Positions 31,397 to 42,913 of a stretch of DNA of 64,000 bases are shown here, piece by piece. The notes beneath the pieces are model-generated. The model had not been told where the DNA came from. It saw only the letters and a list, made by a program, of their open reading frames with translations, and ran no database searches. This DNA is from Cyanidioschyzon merolae (Eukaryota): NCBI GenBank assembly GCA_000091205.1, contig AP006501.2, one strand, 5' to 3'. Every line of letters starts with the position of its first letter. Position 1 is the stretch's first letter. The translations under genes and the position numbers were made by a program.

Positions 31397-32704
31397 TTCG
31401 CTTCGCCCGAGGTGCTCGGTCCTCGGTTATGTGAACACTGGAATACCTGCAGAAGTGCAGCAAGCAAAACGCAGTGACGCCTCGTTTCCGAGCGCACGAC
31501 GCCGACCGCAAACTCCGTTGCCTCTCGAGATGCCGGGCCCAGATTTCGCATATGTTGTGATTGTTTCGATGACAAAACATCCATTTACCATATATCCCCG
31601 GTTTCGGGATGGATGGATAATGGCTTTCGGGAAAGTTTCTATTATGATGCAACCTACCTTCAAGTGCCATTAGTCAGACTTCCTTCCGGATATACTGGTC
31701 GTTTCGTATGCTCTATTGAGCGTCGAGCGCCTGCCGTGAGCGCCTGCCGTAGCGCTCATACCGCTGAAGCAGATGCACCGCAGCAGCGAAACAGCTTTGC
31801 CATACCACTGAGGGCGTCCGCTCGAGGCGTAGTTCACTCGACACGGGGTCGGCGTACATCAGCATTCTGGGAGCCTGCGAGCTGCGCAGACAGACGTACT
31901 GCCTGTGGCAGCGCGAAGCGATATACCAGGATACTTCGGCGACCAAGGCGATGCCCAAACGCAGCATACCTGTTCCTAGTCCAAGAATAAATTGCGCTGC
32001 AGACAAGTTGCTCAGGTCTCGCAACAGCACCCACCACTTTCGAGGCACACTGAGCACCAGCTTAGCAGACCCGTCCGCCTCGCCGGACCTTCCGCCTAGA
32101 AGGTAAACTTTCGACAGTAAGGAAACCTTTTGTCCGTTTTAAAGTTTATCGTAGAGAGGGAACGAGATTTTTATTTCGTTGCCTGTGCATCGCTAGTCTC
32201 TGTTCAAAAATATCAACGAATCCCTGATCAATGCCTCGTGTTCCTGGACGGATTTCGCAGCCACGACGCACAACATGATCAAACTGCACGTGTTCCGAGT
32301 CATGTTTCGGATGTTTACAATTCAAACGAGGAACTAGTACATCTTCGTTGCGGCTGGAGGCGAGTGTTGTCGCATGCAGTGCGCAGGTTTTCGTCCAAGT
32401 TGTGCTGTGCAGCGTGTAACGCTAGTTGAGGGCCCGCACGTTGCTGGCGCCTATCGGAGTGCCGCATGGTGCGCAGCGACAGCTCGTTGCCTCCGCAGGC
32501 TATCGAGCGTCTCACGCTCGCATCTGTCAATAACCGACGCTGACCCTTGGTCATGTTCTTGGTTAGACAGCCCGCACCATCGATGCCATCGCGTGCTGTA
32601 GCGATCGCTCGGATGTTCTATCGCGGGGCTTGCTTGCTGTACCCGTCATCGATAGACGCGGCTGCTTGGTACGAAGTCTACGCGTCTTCGCCATCAGGCA
32701 CTGC

Positions 32705-33709
32705 TTACGGTGTCAAGCTGGCCTGCTCCTTGCACTGGGTGCGTTTCACCTTTCGTTTTTCTTCGGGGGCGAACATGTTCTCCATTTCGTAGAAGCGGTG
32801 CAGGAGGGCGATGGATTCTTGAGCAAAATGACCCCCGCTAACACGCAGCGGTTTGCGGTTAGACGGCAATCCGCAGCTCCCGTCGTGAACTCGGAGCACA
32901 GTACCACAGCCGCCAAATCGTTCGTTTCTACAACCAAAGTAGACGTAGCCACCAACGCCGTGCGCAATCAGAGCAGCCGTGCACATAATACACGGCTCGC
33001 AGGTCACGTAGACATCGGATTTCGCTAGCAACGCTTCTCGACGTTCCATATGAGGGTAACGGTGCAGCACATCAACCAAACCTACCAATTCGGCGTGTTT
33101 GGTTGCATTTCGGAGCTCGTTGCAGCGGTTCGCTCCGTAACCGATAATCTCGCCGGAATATCGCTGAACCAGCAGGCATCCGACGGGAACTTCCGCGTGC
33201 CTTTCCATTGCACGCTTTCCTATCTCTAGAGCAATGAGCATGAATTTGGGATTAAACGTGGTATCCGTTGGATCAGCCGCAGTCAAGTTCCGGGCCAGCT
33301 GTGCTGTTCTCTGTGCACACTGGGCAGGTCGCACCGCACCATCCGACAGTGGAGGTCCCAGCGCTTCGCCGTACTTGGCCGCCGCTGTCGCATCCGATGA
33401 TGAAGAAGCTACCAGTACTGGTGACGTGTCAGTTCTAGAGTCTTTGTGTTCTGGAACTTCGGTGAGACGTCCCCGGCCGCTGTAACTCGGGACGTCGACG
33501 CTAACTTGAGCACACTGCAGCCGCTGCGATTGTTCAGGAAGAATTGGTCGCGAGAGGACCAACTCACTGATCCCGTTAGCAGCTGCGTCTTCGCAGCAGT
33601 GACCGTCCGCAACAGAGCACCGCGTAGACGGAGGACTCAGTCGGTGCAGCGACTCCATTTCACTGAAGCGGTAGTCCGAGCGACCTCCAGACCGGATCAC
33701 TACCCACAC
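32705..33709 (-). CDS. tRNA-specific adenosine deaminase (TadA/ADAT2-type CDA-fold zinc deaminase) with ~156-aa N-terminal extension; an internal ATG at 33241 would give a canonical ~184-aa enzyme
   Basis: HAEVPVGCLL (HAE zinc ligand) and VYVTCEPCIMCTAALIAHGV (PCxxC zinc ligands) with the spacing typical of TadA/ADAT2. Confidence 0.75.
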   Translation of the reverse strand: MWVVIRSGGRSDYRFSEMESLHRLSPPSTRCSVADGHCCEDAAANGISELVLSRPILPEQSQRLQCAQVSVDVPSYSGRGRLTEVPEHKDSRTDTSPVLVASSSSDATAAAKYGEALGPPLSDGAVRPAQCAQRTAQLARNLTAADPTDTTFNPKFMLIALEIGKRAMERHAEVPVGCLLVQRYSGEIIGYGANRCNELRNATKHAELVGLVDVLHRYPHMERREALLAKSDVYVTCEPCIMCTAALIAHGVGGYVYFGCRNERFGGCGTVLRVHDGSCGLPSNRKPLRVSGGHFAQESIALLHRFYEMENMFAPEEKRKVKRTQCKEQASLTP

Positions 33710-34151
33710 TGGACGCGGCCTCGAACGGCTCCAAGTCTAGAGTCGACTCACTATCTTTCGGTTACAGCACGCCGAAAGGAAACCGTATGCGTTGCGTTGT
33801 CTCGTTTTGACACTACAGCACCGTTGACTTGCCGTTTTTCCAAAACCCAGCAGGAAAGCGTCATCCTGATCGCCGTCGAGCCGCGGCGCAGACGAGCCCA
33901 CCGACTGTTGCTATTCTCGTACACAGCTGCTTTTGCCGTCTACTTCTGCCTGTCTCGTCTGTTTTCATATTACTCAATTGCCTCTGCCTTTCTTGTTTGC
34001 CACGAATTTTGCCTGTCGCTGTGATACGACCGGAGAAACGCTACGACTCTTCTGTATACACGAACGACTCGGACTCGTTTCCAAGTCTACACCGAGGGCG
34101 GCAGCAGCAGCCAATGAGCATACCTTTAAACTTTAGCACCTACTCAGCGCC

Positions 34152-36080
34152 ATGGCCGAGTCATCTGTGCACTCAAAAGCCACTGTTGGGAGGAGCCACT
34201 CTGGTTCCGCCTTGAACGAGCGACAAGAGGAACTACAGGCGGACGTACCTCGTCTGGAGCGCTTGCTGGAACTAGGTGTTTGTACCAGACTCCCTGCCGC
34301 ACGACAGGAGGCGTTCGAGCGTTTGCGTCGCTGGATAAACGGCAGTGCGAACCAAGATGCTGCAGTAATCGCTGCCTGTGCTGTCATTTTCCGTCAGATG
34401 CAACGTTGTTTGAGGTGCGAACTTACTCCGAATTCGAAACGAAGGCGAACTTGTCATTCAGGTGCGTTCACTTCCGATCCAGATAGCAGGACGCTGGTCC
34501 ACTTGCTCACGTTCCTCGCTCGTATCGTAGGCTTGTACGCACGTCGACAAGGGACACCGACAAGCGATGCCCTCAGCGCTGCATCGACAGTCGAGTCAAG
34601 GCCGGCACTGTTGCGATGGCTCGCTGCTCGACTTTTCCACCTCATCGACGCCATTATCGTTAGTGGTGTTGAGCGAACGGCGCTTGCGTCCCTGCCCGGC
34701 CCGTTAGCGTTTGCCAAGGCTGCTCGAGACCGAGTCATCGCGTTGGTTTGCCGGTGGCGTGATCTTTTTGCCGATGTAGATGAATCATTTCAGCAAGCGT
34801 ATCTCTACACGTTTGAGATCTTACGCGTGCCGCAGCTGCAGTGTACAGAGGCTATTCTGCGACCACGCTTCTTTCGAAATCAACAGGAACTAGAAGCCTC
34901 GTTGCGGGTACAGATTCCGGCGCTGATCGAACGCCTAACTCGAGAGCACCTCCACTACAACGATGAAAACTTTCTGGGAACTCTGGAGAGGGAGTTCGGC
35001 ATGCGCACGAGCGGATATCTCGGTATAGATGACGCTTCTGATCCAGGAGCCATGCAGCGCCTCGTTCCGAATCAGCAGCTGTCCGCAAATCAAGAGCTGT
35101 TGAAATTGTGGTCCAGGCATCGTGATCGTCTTCGAGACACACTCAAGTGGGTGAAAAGCGCTCGAACAGACCTAGAGCAGCGTCAACAGCTGTGGACGGG
35201 TCTTGCGACGCCTCATATCACCGCTGATGAAGTCTCCGTACACACATCACTGCGTGGGCTGGACGCTCGACTGTCTGCGTTCGAGACCCGGGTCCAGCTG
35301 TTGTGGTCACAAGCGGAGACGCTTGGCATCGAGCATCCAGCTGCTACCAGCGCCGATGACAATCCAACCGAGAATAGAGTACCCTCAGGGTATGCTTTCG
35401 ATGATCACATGGCGATCAGCGAGCAAGAACTTGATGCGAACAACGATTTCGCCGACATCGATTTTATCGCTATACAAGAAACGTTCACTGGGACCGAGAC
35501 ATCCGAAAATGCGCTTACCTTTTCTCCGATTCATTCTGAAGGGGCTCGGGAAAACACAATAACCGACTCAACAGAGATATATGATGAGCGTCTGCCGCAA
35601 GATGCGCCATCATTACCTACTGATGCCTACGCGACCAGCACAGCGTCGAATCAGCATGCCCTGCAACATGCTGTAGATTTCACGCTTCCCGAGCAGATCA
35701 ATCAACGAGGCTTCAGCGAAATCGAGCGTTTACTCCAGCGCCGAATCAGCAGCAACAGCGAGAACGTGAATGAAGAGGTCTTGCAGGCGTTTGAGGCTGC
35801 AGAGCTACACTTACTACGAGCCCAGACTACAAGTGACGCCACGACTACTGTCGCTGTCGCCGCGGACCCCCTTGAGGGATTCTTGCCCGCAGACCTGCGA
35901 CCCAACCGCCGACGGTCGACCGTATCGTCGAAAGTTTCCGCTCAAGCGCGCACTGCTTTGCGTGCGTCTCGACATCGCTTAGAAACGCATCTTCGGCGCG
36001 TGCTTCCCCGTGCCCAACGTCAACGCATGCAGCAAGCAGAGTCGATATTCGAACACCGCCAACGAGATCGTCGCGCGTGA
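34152..36080 (+). CDS. Hypothetical protein (642 aa), no recognisable domain
   Basis: Long ATG-initiated ORF in a gene-dense region, flanked by convergent/divergent neighbours; coding assignment rests on length and context only. Confidence 0.4.
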   Translation: MAESSVHSKATVGRSHSGSALNERQEELQADVPRLERLLELGVCTRLPAARQEAFERLRRWINGSANQDAAVIAACAVIFRQMQRCLRCELTPNSKRRRTCHSGAFTSDPDSRTLVHLLTFLARIVGLYARRQGTPTSDALSAASTVESRPALLRWLAARLFHLIDAIIVSGVERTALASLPGPLAFAKAARDRVIALVCRWRDLFADVDESFQQAYLYTFEILRVPQLQCTEAILRPRFFRNQQELEASLRVQIPALIERLTREHLHYNDENFLGTLEREFGMRTSGYLGIDDASDPGAMQRLVPNQQLSANQELLKLWSRHRDRLRDTLKWVKSARTDLEQRQQLWTGLATPHITADEVSVHTSLRGLDARLSAFETRVQLLWSQAETLGIEHPAATSADDNPTENRVPSGYAFDDHMAISEQELDANNDFADIDFIAIQETFTGTETSENALTFSPIHSEGARENTITDSTEIYDERLPQDAPSLPTDAYATSTASNQHALQHAVDFTLPEQINQRGFSEIERLLQRRISSNSENVNEEVLQAFEAAELHLLRAQTTSDATTTVAVAADPLEGFLPADLRPNRRRSTVSSKVSAQARTALRASRHRLETHLRRVLPRAQRQRMQQAESIFEHRQRDRRA

Positions 36081-36181
36081 GCTTCCCTGGATAGCTGGAA
36101 AGTTTCTTGACGGCGATGAAACAGCTTCAGGGCCGCCATCATCTGTAATTGTTGAAAACGTCGTGCACTATATGAAGTCTA

Positions 36182-37105
36182 TCACGTGAGGGATTGCTCG
36201 CAATCATTCGATTCCCGGTCCGGTTCCGGTCTCATGTCTGAGACTTGACACACCAGTTTGGGTTCCAAAATGTCCTTCGCTGATTGGATCAGTGCGAGTT
36301 CCGGTGGGACCCCTGCTTCAACAATCTCTCCCTCATCCAGGGTTCGCCGCAGCACATGGTACACTGTTGAGAACGCGTATTCCACAGCTTGTTGGAGATT
36401 TGGTACCCGAGCGCTCCACGCTAGCAGAAGCGCTGCAGACAGATCGCCGGTGCCGGTGAATGATCCGGGCAACCGTGACGGAAGCTGGAACCACTTGCTT
36501 TGTTTCCGAAGCGCTTCCGAGAGGTACACGCAGGGACGTTGGTGCTCGTCTGCCTCTGCACCGGTGACCACAATGACAGGCACCTGGTAATGCGTATGCA
36601 GCCAATGGCAGGCACGTTCGATGTCGGTCTCATGCGGTACGAGAAGTTGAAGCTCGTACGCGTTCGGAATAATTAAGTGCGCCCTTGGAATTAGAATATC
36701 TCGATAGGCCTCGACCATTTCGGGAGGCACGTAGAGCCGTCCGTTGTCGCCTAGAACCGGATCGCAGAGGTACCAAACCGGCTCCTGACCGGCTCTCTCC
36801 GAGTTAAGAAGGTCAATAAGCTCGCGAACGACCTCCAGGAGCTCGCGAGACCTAATATACCCTGTTAACAGGTGCGTTACGCTTTTTAAAAGCCCATTCG
36901 GTAGGAGGCCGTTCCAAACGATTCGTCGCAGCTGCTCGGCGGTGAGACTCTCCCCGGCTTTGTGGCGATATCCCGTGTGGTTCGCAAAGTGCACCGTGTT
37001 GACAGGATCCACGTCCCAGCCGAGCAATTGTAGAGGAAACGTAGCTGCTTTCTGACCCACATAGCCGTGCACCACGTGCGACTGCACGCTGAGTACCCGG
37101 GGCAT
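36182..37105 (-). CDS. PDXK: Pyridoxal kinase (PdxK, ribokinase superfamily); ORF track extends 5' to 37318 but homology begins at the ATG at 37105
   Basis: N-terminal signature MPRVLSVQSHVVHGYVGQKAATFPLQLLGWDVDPVNTVHFANHTGY matches pyridoxal kinases; C-terminal GTGDLSAALLLAW ATP-binding region. Confidence 0.85.
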   Translation of the reverse strand: MPRVLSVQSHVVHGYVGQKAATFPLQLLGWDVDPVNTVHFANHTGYRHKAGESLTAEQLRRIVWNGLLPNGLLKSVTHLLTGYIRSRELLEVVRELIDLLNSERAGQEPVWYLCDPVLGDNGRLYVPPEMVEAYRDILIPRAHLIIPNAYELQLLVPHETDIERACHWLHTHYQVPVIVVTGAEADEHQRPCVYLSEALRKQSKWFQLPSRLPGSFTGTGDLSAALLLAWSARVPNLQQAVEYAFSTVYHVLRRTLDEGEIVEAGVPPELALIQSAKDILEPKLVCQVSDMRPEPDRESNDCEQSLT

Positions 37106-37450
37106 GAAGAGCGTACACCAGGAAGCGCGAGAAGTTGCCACGCGAGCGCCTTGGTGGCCGTGCGCGAACGCAGAAGCAAAGCAGCGTATAGATAGGAGGC
37201 GTGGTGAGTGCTCGCGGCAGGCTATATACCCGGAATAACGTACGAGCAAACTGCCAGATCCGGAGGAAAGTATGGTTGGTGGTGTTGCTTGTTGGAACTT
37301 GGTGGTATGGCGCAGCATGACGGTCGCGGATCACGGTCGCGCAACTGCGTATTCCAGGTTTATGTATCAGCAATCCTACGCTCTAAGAAAACGTTCAGTC
37401 GATGGACTCGAAACAGACGGCTAACTACGACGCCGAATATACTCGCCGGG

Positions 37451-37886
37451 TCGTCGATGGTATTCACTGCATTATCCCCATCGACGGAACGTTGATACAG
37501 CGCTGTACTAGTCTTCTGCACGATGCATATCGGTCGTCGATCATATTCACTGCATTATCCCCATCGACGGAACGTTGATACAGCGCTGGACTAGTCTTCT
37601 GCACGATGCATATCGGTCGTCGATCATATTCACTGCATTATCCCCATCGACGGAACGTTGATACAGCGCTGGACTAGTCTTCTGCACGATGCATATCAGT
37701 CTTCGATGGTATTCACTGCATTATCCCCATCGACGGAACGTTGATACAGCGCTGGACTAGTCTTCTGCACGATGCATATCGGTCGTCGATCATATTCACT
37801 GCATTATCCCCATCGACGGAACGTTGATACAGCGCTGGACTAGTCTTCTGCACGATGCATATCAGTCTTCGATCATATTCACTGCG
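37451..37886. repeat. 83-bp tandem repeat, ~5.25 copies
   Basis: CATTATCCCCATCGACGGAACGTTGATACAGCGCTGGACTAGTCTTCTGCACGATGCATATCGGTCGTCGATCATATTCACTG recurs with an 83-bp period (CATTATCC at 37470, 37553, 37636, 37719, 37802). Confidence 0.9.
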
Positions 37887-38071
37887 ATAACACGTTTGCA
37901 GGTCACGGTATCGAGATCCACACTGGTACCGAGCAGATATCTTCTTTTTTTCAGCAAGATTCGTTGGGGTCAGCGCTGCAGCGCCAATGGGTGATTGCTC
38001 GTCTCAAGGTAGTCGGTTTGTGCCTGAATCACGGAACTTGCCGCTTTTTGTTTCACTTTGTTCTCAGTACC

Positions 38072-40837
38072 ATGGTAGAACGTCAACTCTTACCGAAAAC
38101 GGTTCGACCGCTTTTATATGATATCACTCTCGAGCCGGGACTGGAGCCTCGTCTACACGAGTCGGTGGCGACTTCTGACGGCGTTACGAGCGAGACGAGC
38201 GCTCCAGCGGGGCCACCAGCTGGATCGCCACAACACCCAGGTGATACTGAAGACGAAGATGCAGCGTTTACTTTCCAGGGACAGGAGACTGTTGAACTCG
38301 AGGTGCTCGAGGACACGAGCTCCATCGTTCTCAACGCACTTGAGCTAAAAATTCACAGTGCGCGCCTCAACGGCGTGGAAGCACACAGCATCACCAGTGA
38401 CCCTGACGCTCAGACAGCTCGCCTGGAGTTTGGCCAAAAGTTTGCAGCTGGAACACGGGTGCGGTTGGAGCTGACCTTCCAGGGTATTCTGAACTCGAAA
38501 ATGGTCGGATTCTATCGAGCAAAATATCAGGATCCAGAGAGCGGCACTGTCAAGTATATGGCTGTGACGCAGTTTGAACCGACCGATGCGCGGCAAGCTT
38601 TCCCCTGTTGGGACGAGCCCGCGCTCAAGAGCCGGTTCCGGATAACTCTCGTGATTCCATCGGATCGGCAGGCGATCTCGAATATGCCAGTGGAGCAGGA
38701 GACCGTTCGGACCTCGGATGGGCGGAAGGTTGTTCGCTTTGAAGAGACACCTCTCATGTCGACGTATCTCGTAGCGTTTGTCGTGGGAGAGTTCGATTAT
38801 GTCGAAGGGCGCACCGCTGAAGGTGTACAAGTCCGAGTTTACACGCAGAAAGGAGTAGCTCATCAGGGCGCTTTCGCGCTCGATTGTGCCGTCAAAGTGC
38901 TTTCGTATTTCACCGAGTTTTTCGGTACACCGTATCCGCTCCCGAAAGAGGATCTAATCGCTGTTCCGGATTTCGCGGCTGGTGCTATGGAGAACTGGGG
39001 TTGCATCACATTCCGAGAGACCGCGTTACTATTGGACCCGGAGCGGAGCGCTGCAAGCGCTCGTTCCCGCGTTGCCGAGGTCGTCGCACATGAGCTTGCA
39101 CATCAATGGTTTGGGAATCTGGTGACGATGGAATGGTGGACGCATTTGTGGCTGAACGAGGGCTTTGCAACCTGGGCCGCAGAACTTGCCGTCGATCATC
39201 TCTTTCCCAGCTGGCAGCAATGGATGCAGTTTGTTTCAACGACGTTTGCAGCGGCGCTGCGATTGGATGCGCTACGCTCGTCGCACCCGATCGAAGTGGA
39301 GGTCGCTCGTGCTCAGCAAGTCAATGAAATTTTTGATGCAATCTCGTACTGTAAGGGAGCTTCCGTTATCCGCATGTTGGCAAACTATCTGGGTCTCGAA
39401 GTTTTCCGCAATGGCCTCTGTCGTTATCTCAACAAGTTTACGTACGGGAATGCGAGCACGGATGATCTGTGGCAGGCGCTCGAAGAGGAGTCTGGCAAAC
39501 CGATATCCCATATGATGCGTTCGTGGACGCGTCAGACTGGCTATCCTGTGATTTATTTTGATGATGCAAACATGATCGTTCGGCAAGAGCGTTTTCTGGC
39601 GGATGGCGGAAGCGTTTCCCATACATCTCGAGTGAATACGAACGCGGACAGCGACTCGAATACAGCACCGACGCACTGGGTCGTGCCCCTGGGCATGATG
39701 GATAGCAGTCAACCAGCAGTGCCGCGCTACTTCCTGCTCGATGCGAAGCAGGCAGAGCTTCAGTCGATATTGGGAACGGCGTCGAATGCTTCGGAGCAGC
39801 GCTGGATCAAGATGAATCCGCACCAGACTGGTACGTATCGCGTGAATTACACCCCAGAAATGTGGCAACGCCTAGTGGAGCCCATCCAGACCAAGGTGCT
39901 CGGCGCAACCGATCGACTTGGACTCGCCATGGACGCATTCGCCTTGACGAAGGCTGGCATTCTGCCGGCGTCTGTTGCTCTCCAAATGCTCGCAGCGTTT
40001 TCGAAAGAAGACGATTATGCATGCTGGCTCGACGTGGTTGGCTCTCTCGGAGAGCTCGGAGCGGTTTTCGCGTCCGACGAGCCCTCGCTACGGTCGCAGT
40101 TTGACCGCTTTGCCTGTGATCTCATGCGCTACACTGCTGAACGCATCGGATGGAAACCGGAACCCAACGAGGAACACGTTACCGCGTTACTGCGGTCGCT
40201 TCTGCTTGGGGCACTCGTGAAGCACGCCGATTCGAGCACTGTGAACGAAGCTCGCCGGAGCTGGAAGGCCGAACAGGACGGAACGGATCGTGTCCCGGCA
40301 GATCTTCGACTCGCAGTCATGTCTGCGGTCGTCCAGTACGGTACAGATGCGGATTTTGATGCAGTACTGCAAGCGTACGCCCAAGCGGTTATGGATGAGG
40401 AGCGGGTGCGCTGTATTCGTGCCCTCGGTTGTACGCGCGACCCGGCCAAAATCCGTTGGTTGCTCGACTGGGGTCTTGATCGTTCTCAGGTCAAGTCTCA
40501 GGATGCGATTTACGTCTATTCGACGCTGGCTGCGAACACGGACTCTGGACGTCGAGCCACCTGGCAATACCTGCGTGAGCATTGGTCGACCTTTTATCAG
40601 CGGTTTGGGAAAGGCAACTTTCTCTTGTCGAGCTTCGTTTCCTCGATACTCAGAGACTTTTCTTCTGAAGAAGCAGCTGAGGAAGCTGAAGCGTTTTTTG
40701 CCTCCATCCCAGACAAGGAGCGGGAGAGTATCCAGCGCACCATCCAGCAGAGCACTGAGCGCATTCGCGCGAATGCGGCGTGGCGCCAGCGGGACATGCA
40801 CGCCGTTCGGGCGTGGCTTGCAGAACGCTGCGGCTGA
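38072..40837 (+). CDS. M1-family zinc aminopeptidase (aminopeptidase N / puromycin-sensitive aminopeptidase-like); ORF track begins at 37964, the ATG at 38072 is preferred
   Basis: GAMENWG exopeptidase motif, HELAHQWFGNLVTMEWWTHLWLNEGFATW (HExxH-x18-E zinc site), ERAP1-like C-terminal domain. Confidence 0.9.
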   Translation: MVERQLLPKTVRPLLYDITLEPGLEPRLHESVATSDGVTSETSAPAGPPAGSPQHPGDTEDEDAAFTFQGQETVELEVLEDTSSIVLNALELKIHSARLNGVEAHSITSDPDAQTARLEFGQKFAAGTRVRLELTFQGILNSKMVGFYRAKYQDPESGTVKYMAVTQFEPTDARQAFPCWDEPALKSRFRITLVIPSDRQAISNMPVEQETVRTSDGRKVVRFEETPLMSTYLVAFVVGEFDYVEGRTAEGVQVRVYTQKGVAHQGAFALDCAVKVLSYFTEFFGTPYPLPKEDLIAVPDFAAGAMENWGCITFRETALLLDPERSAASARSRVAEVVAHELAHQWFGNLVTMEWWTHLWLNEGFATWAAELAVDHLFPSWQQWMQFVSTTFAAALRLDALRSSHPIEVEVARAQQVNEIFDAISYCKGASVIRMLANYLGLEVFRNGLCRYLNKFTYGNASTDDLWQALEEESGKPISHMMRSWTRQTGYPVIYFDDANMIVRQERFLADGGSVSHTSRVNTNADSDSNTAPTHWVVPLGMMDSSQPAVPRYFLLDAKQAELQSILGTASNASEQRWIKMNPHQTGTYRVNYTPEMWQRLVEPIQTKVLGATDRLGLAMDAFALTKAGILPASVALQMLAAFSKEDDYACWLDVVGSLGELGAVFASDEPSLRSQFDRFACDLMRYTAERIGWKPEPNEEHVTALLRSLLLGALVKHADSSTVNEARRSWKAEQDGTDRVPADLRLAVMSAVVQYGTDADFDAVLQAYAQAVMDEERVRCIRALGCTRDPAKIRWLLDWGLDRSQVKSQDAIYVYSTLAANTDSGRRATWQYLREHWSTFYQRFGKGNFLLSSFVSSILRDFSSEEAAEEAEAFFASIPDKERESIQRTIQQSTERIRANAAWRQRDMHAVRAWLAERCG

Positions 40838-42913
40838 GGCGAGCGTCCGACAACTCCCGGTACTGCTCTGTAGGTGTGTGCTGAGCGGGTGTGCGGAGCA
40901 GAAGCTGCACGGCGGCTGCCTATGGATCGACGACATCGGTAGTTGACGTCATTCGCATGGTGGACAGGTATTGCCCGGTGTTGGTAGCGACCGTGTTTGC
41001 AGCGACGAACAGGAGCATCTGACGTCGTTCCGTTGGCATCACTCGGATCTTTCAACAGTAAAGAAGGCTTGGACTGTACGCACCGACCAGAGTGTTCATC
41101 GACTCTGTGGACATTCCACGATACACTGCGCTGCGTTGCTCGCATTCGCTTTCCTCGCAAAGCGACGTTGGCGTTGCGCCCACAAGCGATCGCTGCAGCG
41201 CACGCTGGACAGTGATCCATGCATCGTGCACTGCCGCAGCACAGCTGACACCACACTCCCTCGCTACGCATCTATTATGGACCGTGAAAACACGCTTGAA
41301 CGGTGCCGGCGACGATATGCATACTGGCGACGGTGAACCTAGTGATGTCGATTCCGATACGACGAAGGAGCAGAGTGTGCAGTGCCTCCCGTCACATATC
41401 TTGAAAAACACATGACTTGTGGGTGTTCATTCCCAAATCATTTCCCCGTCCGATGATTTCGCATCCATACAAGTAACATGCGTATTTAGAAGCCCGCTGA
41501 ACACCGCCCCGAACGGGAAAGCAGCGCGTGCGTCTGCAGTCTGTGCTGCTCAGTTCGTAGGGTGCACCACGCAGCCGCGATCAGACGTGCGTCGATGGAC
41601 GCTCTCCCGTTTGCCAATGAACATCATACAATGAGCGATGCTCGACTCTTGTCTACACGATCTTACGCCTCAAGAAACAAGTCAAGTGCGCGTCACCGTA
41701 CGTGCTGGTCTGGTGAAGCGCGTCCGGGTCCGTTCGACGGCGAGCACCTGCAGCGGACTCGGCACCCTCAGTGTCTCCAGAGCGGAGCGCTGCGCTGCGG
41801 AGCGATGTCTCTGCGTAACTTCGGTGCCAGGTTCAACCGAGTCAGTGCAAAGCAGGAGAATCCAACACAAGGTCTTCGAGAAGCGGCACGGGTGATCCAT
41901 GTGAATCAAAAAAGCACGACACATGCTGTATCGATGTTGGCATGCTTCTGGATACACGGTGGCATGTAAGATGCAGGCGCTGGGAAATGCATGAGAGCAA
42001 CCATAAGGCACGGACGGGTGCGTCTGAACAAGACCGATACCAGCGTTTCGGCGCTCTTGTTTTCGCAGCAGATCCGAATGGTCCAGTACCTTGTCCTTGC
42101 GTTTACGTGCTTGACCAGTCATGTATACCAGAAAACAATGTGACAGGTGGAATATGGAGCACGACGACTGCAGCGAACGCAAAGTCCATCGTTCTTGCGC
42201 CAGGATTCTCGTCGATACCCCAAACGCTGTCTACGTTCGGGTGTACACATCAGCCTCTTCGTCGATGTTGCTTGGCCGAGGGCGTGCTGCGGCACCTCGG
42301 TGCTCCACAACAACGGGCCATGCATCGACGGTTGCGTTCTCAGGCGCACGAAGGATCCTCGGAACATACACGCCAAACGCGCCTAGCTCCGGTGCTTCGC
42401 GTCCACCACCGAGTGCTTTCTCTGGTGTTATCGTTCTAGACCGGCAACCGGGCGTGCTCGTGCAACCTATCGGAGCCCAGATCCAAAGCGACTCCCGAAC
42501 CAGAACGAGGTCATGTACGCGCAAGGAGCCAACGTCCACAAGAACAACAAATTGCCGTCCGCTCTCCGTACCACCTTGGTGTTTGAGTTGGCAACCTGCG
42601 TTTCGCCAGACCTCTCCGTGCTGTACCCGTTACCCAAGAGTTTGCTGCTGCTCGCAAATCTCAAAAGTATTGCTGAGGGAGCTAGTACATATTCCTCAGT
42701 CGCCATCACTTTACATGCTTTGAGTTGATGCTGAATCGCTTCAACAATCCAGTACCTGAACCTGTAGCAGACATCCTTGTGGGGTATGTGCTGCGTTGGA
42801 CGGTACCTGCGCTGCTCACAGCGCCTTGGGCTGTGCACGTCGCCTCCGCTCGCCGAGCGCGCGTTCTACGCACTGGGCTCTAGTCCAGGCTCAGGACGCT
42901 TCTCTCAGACGAT

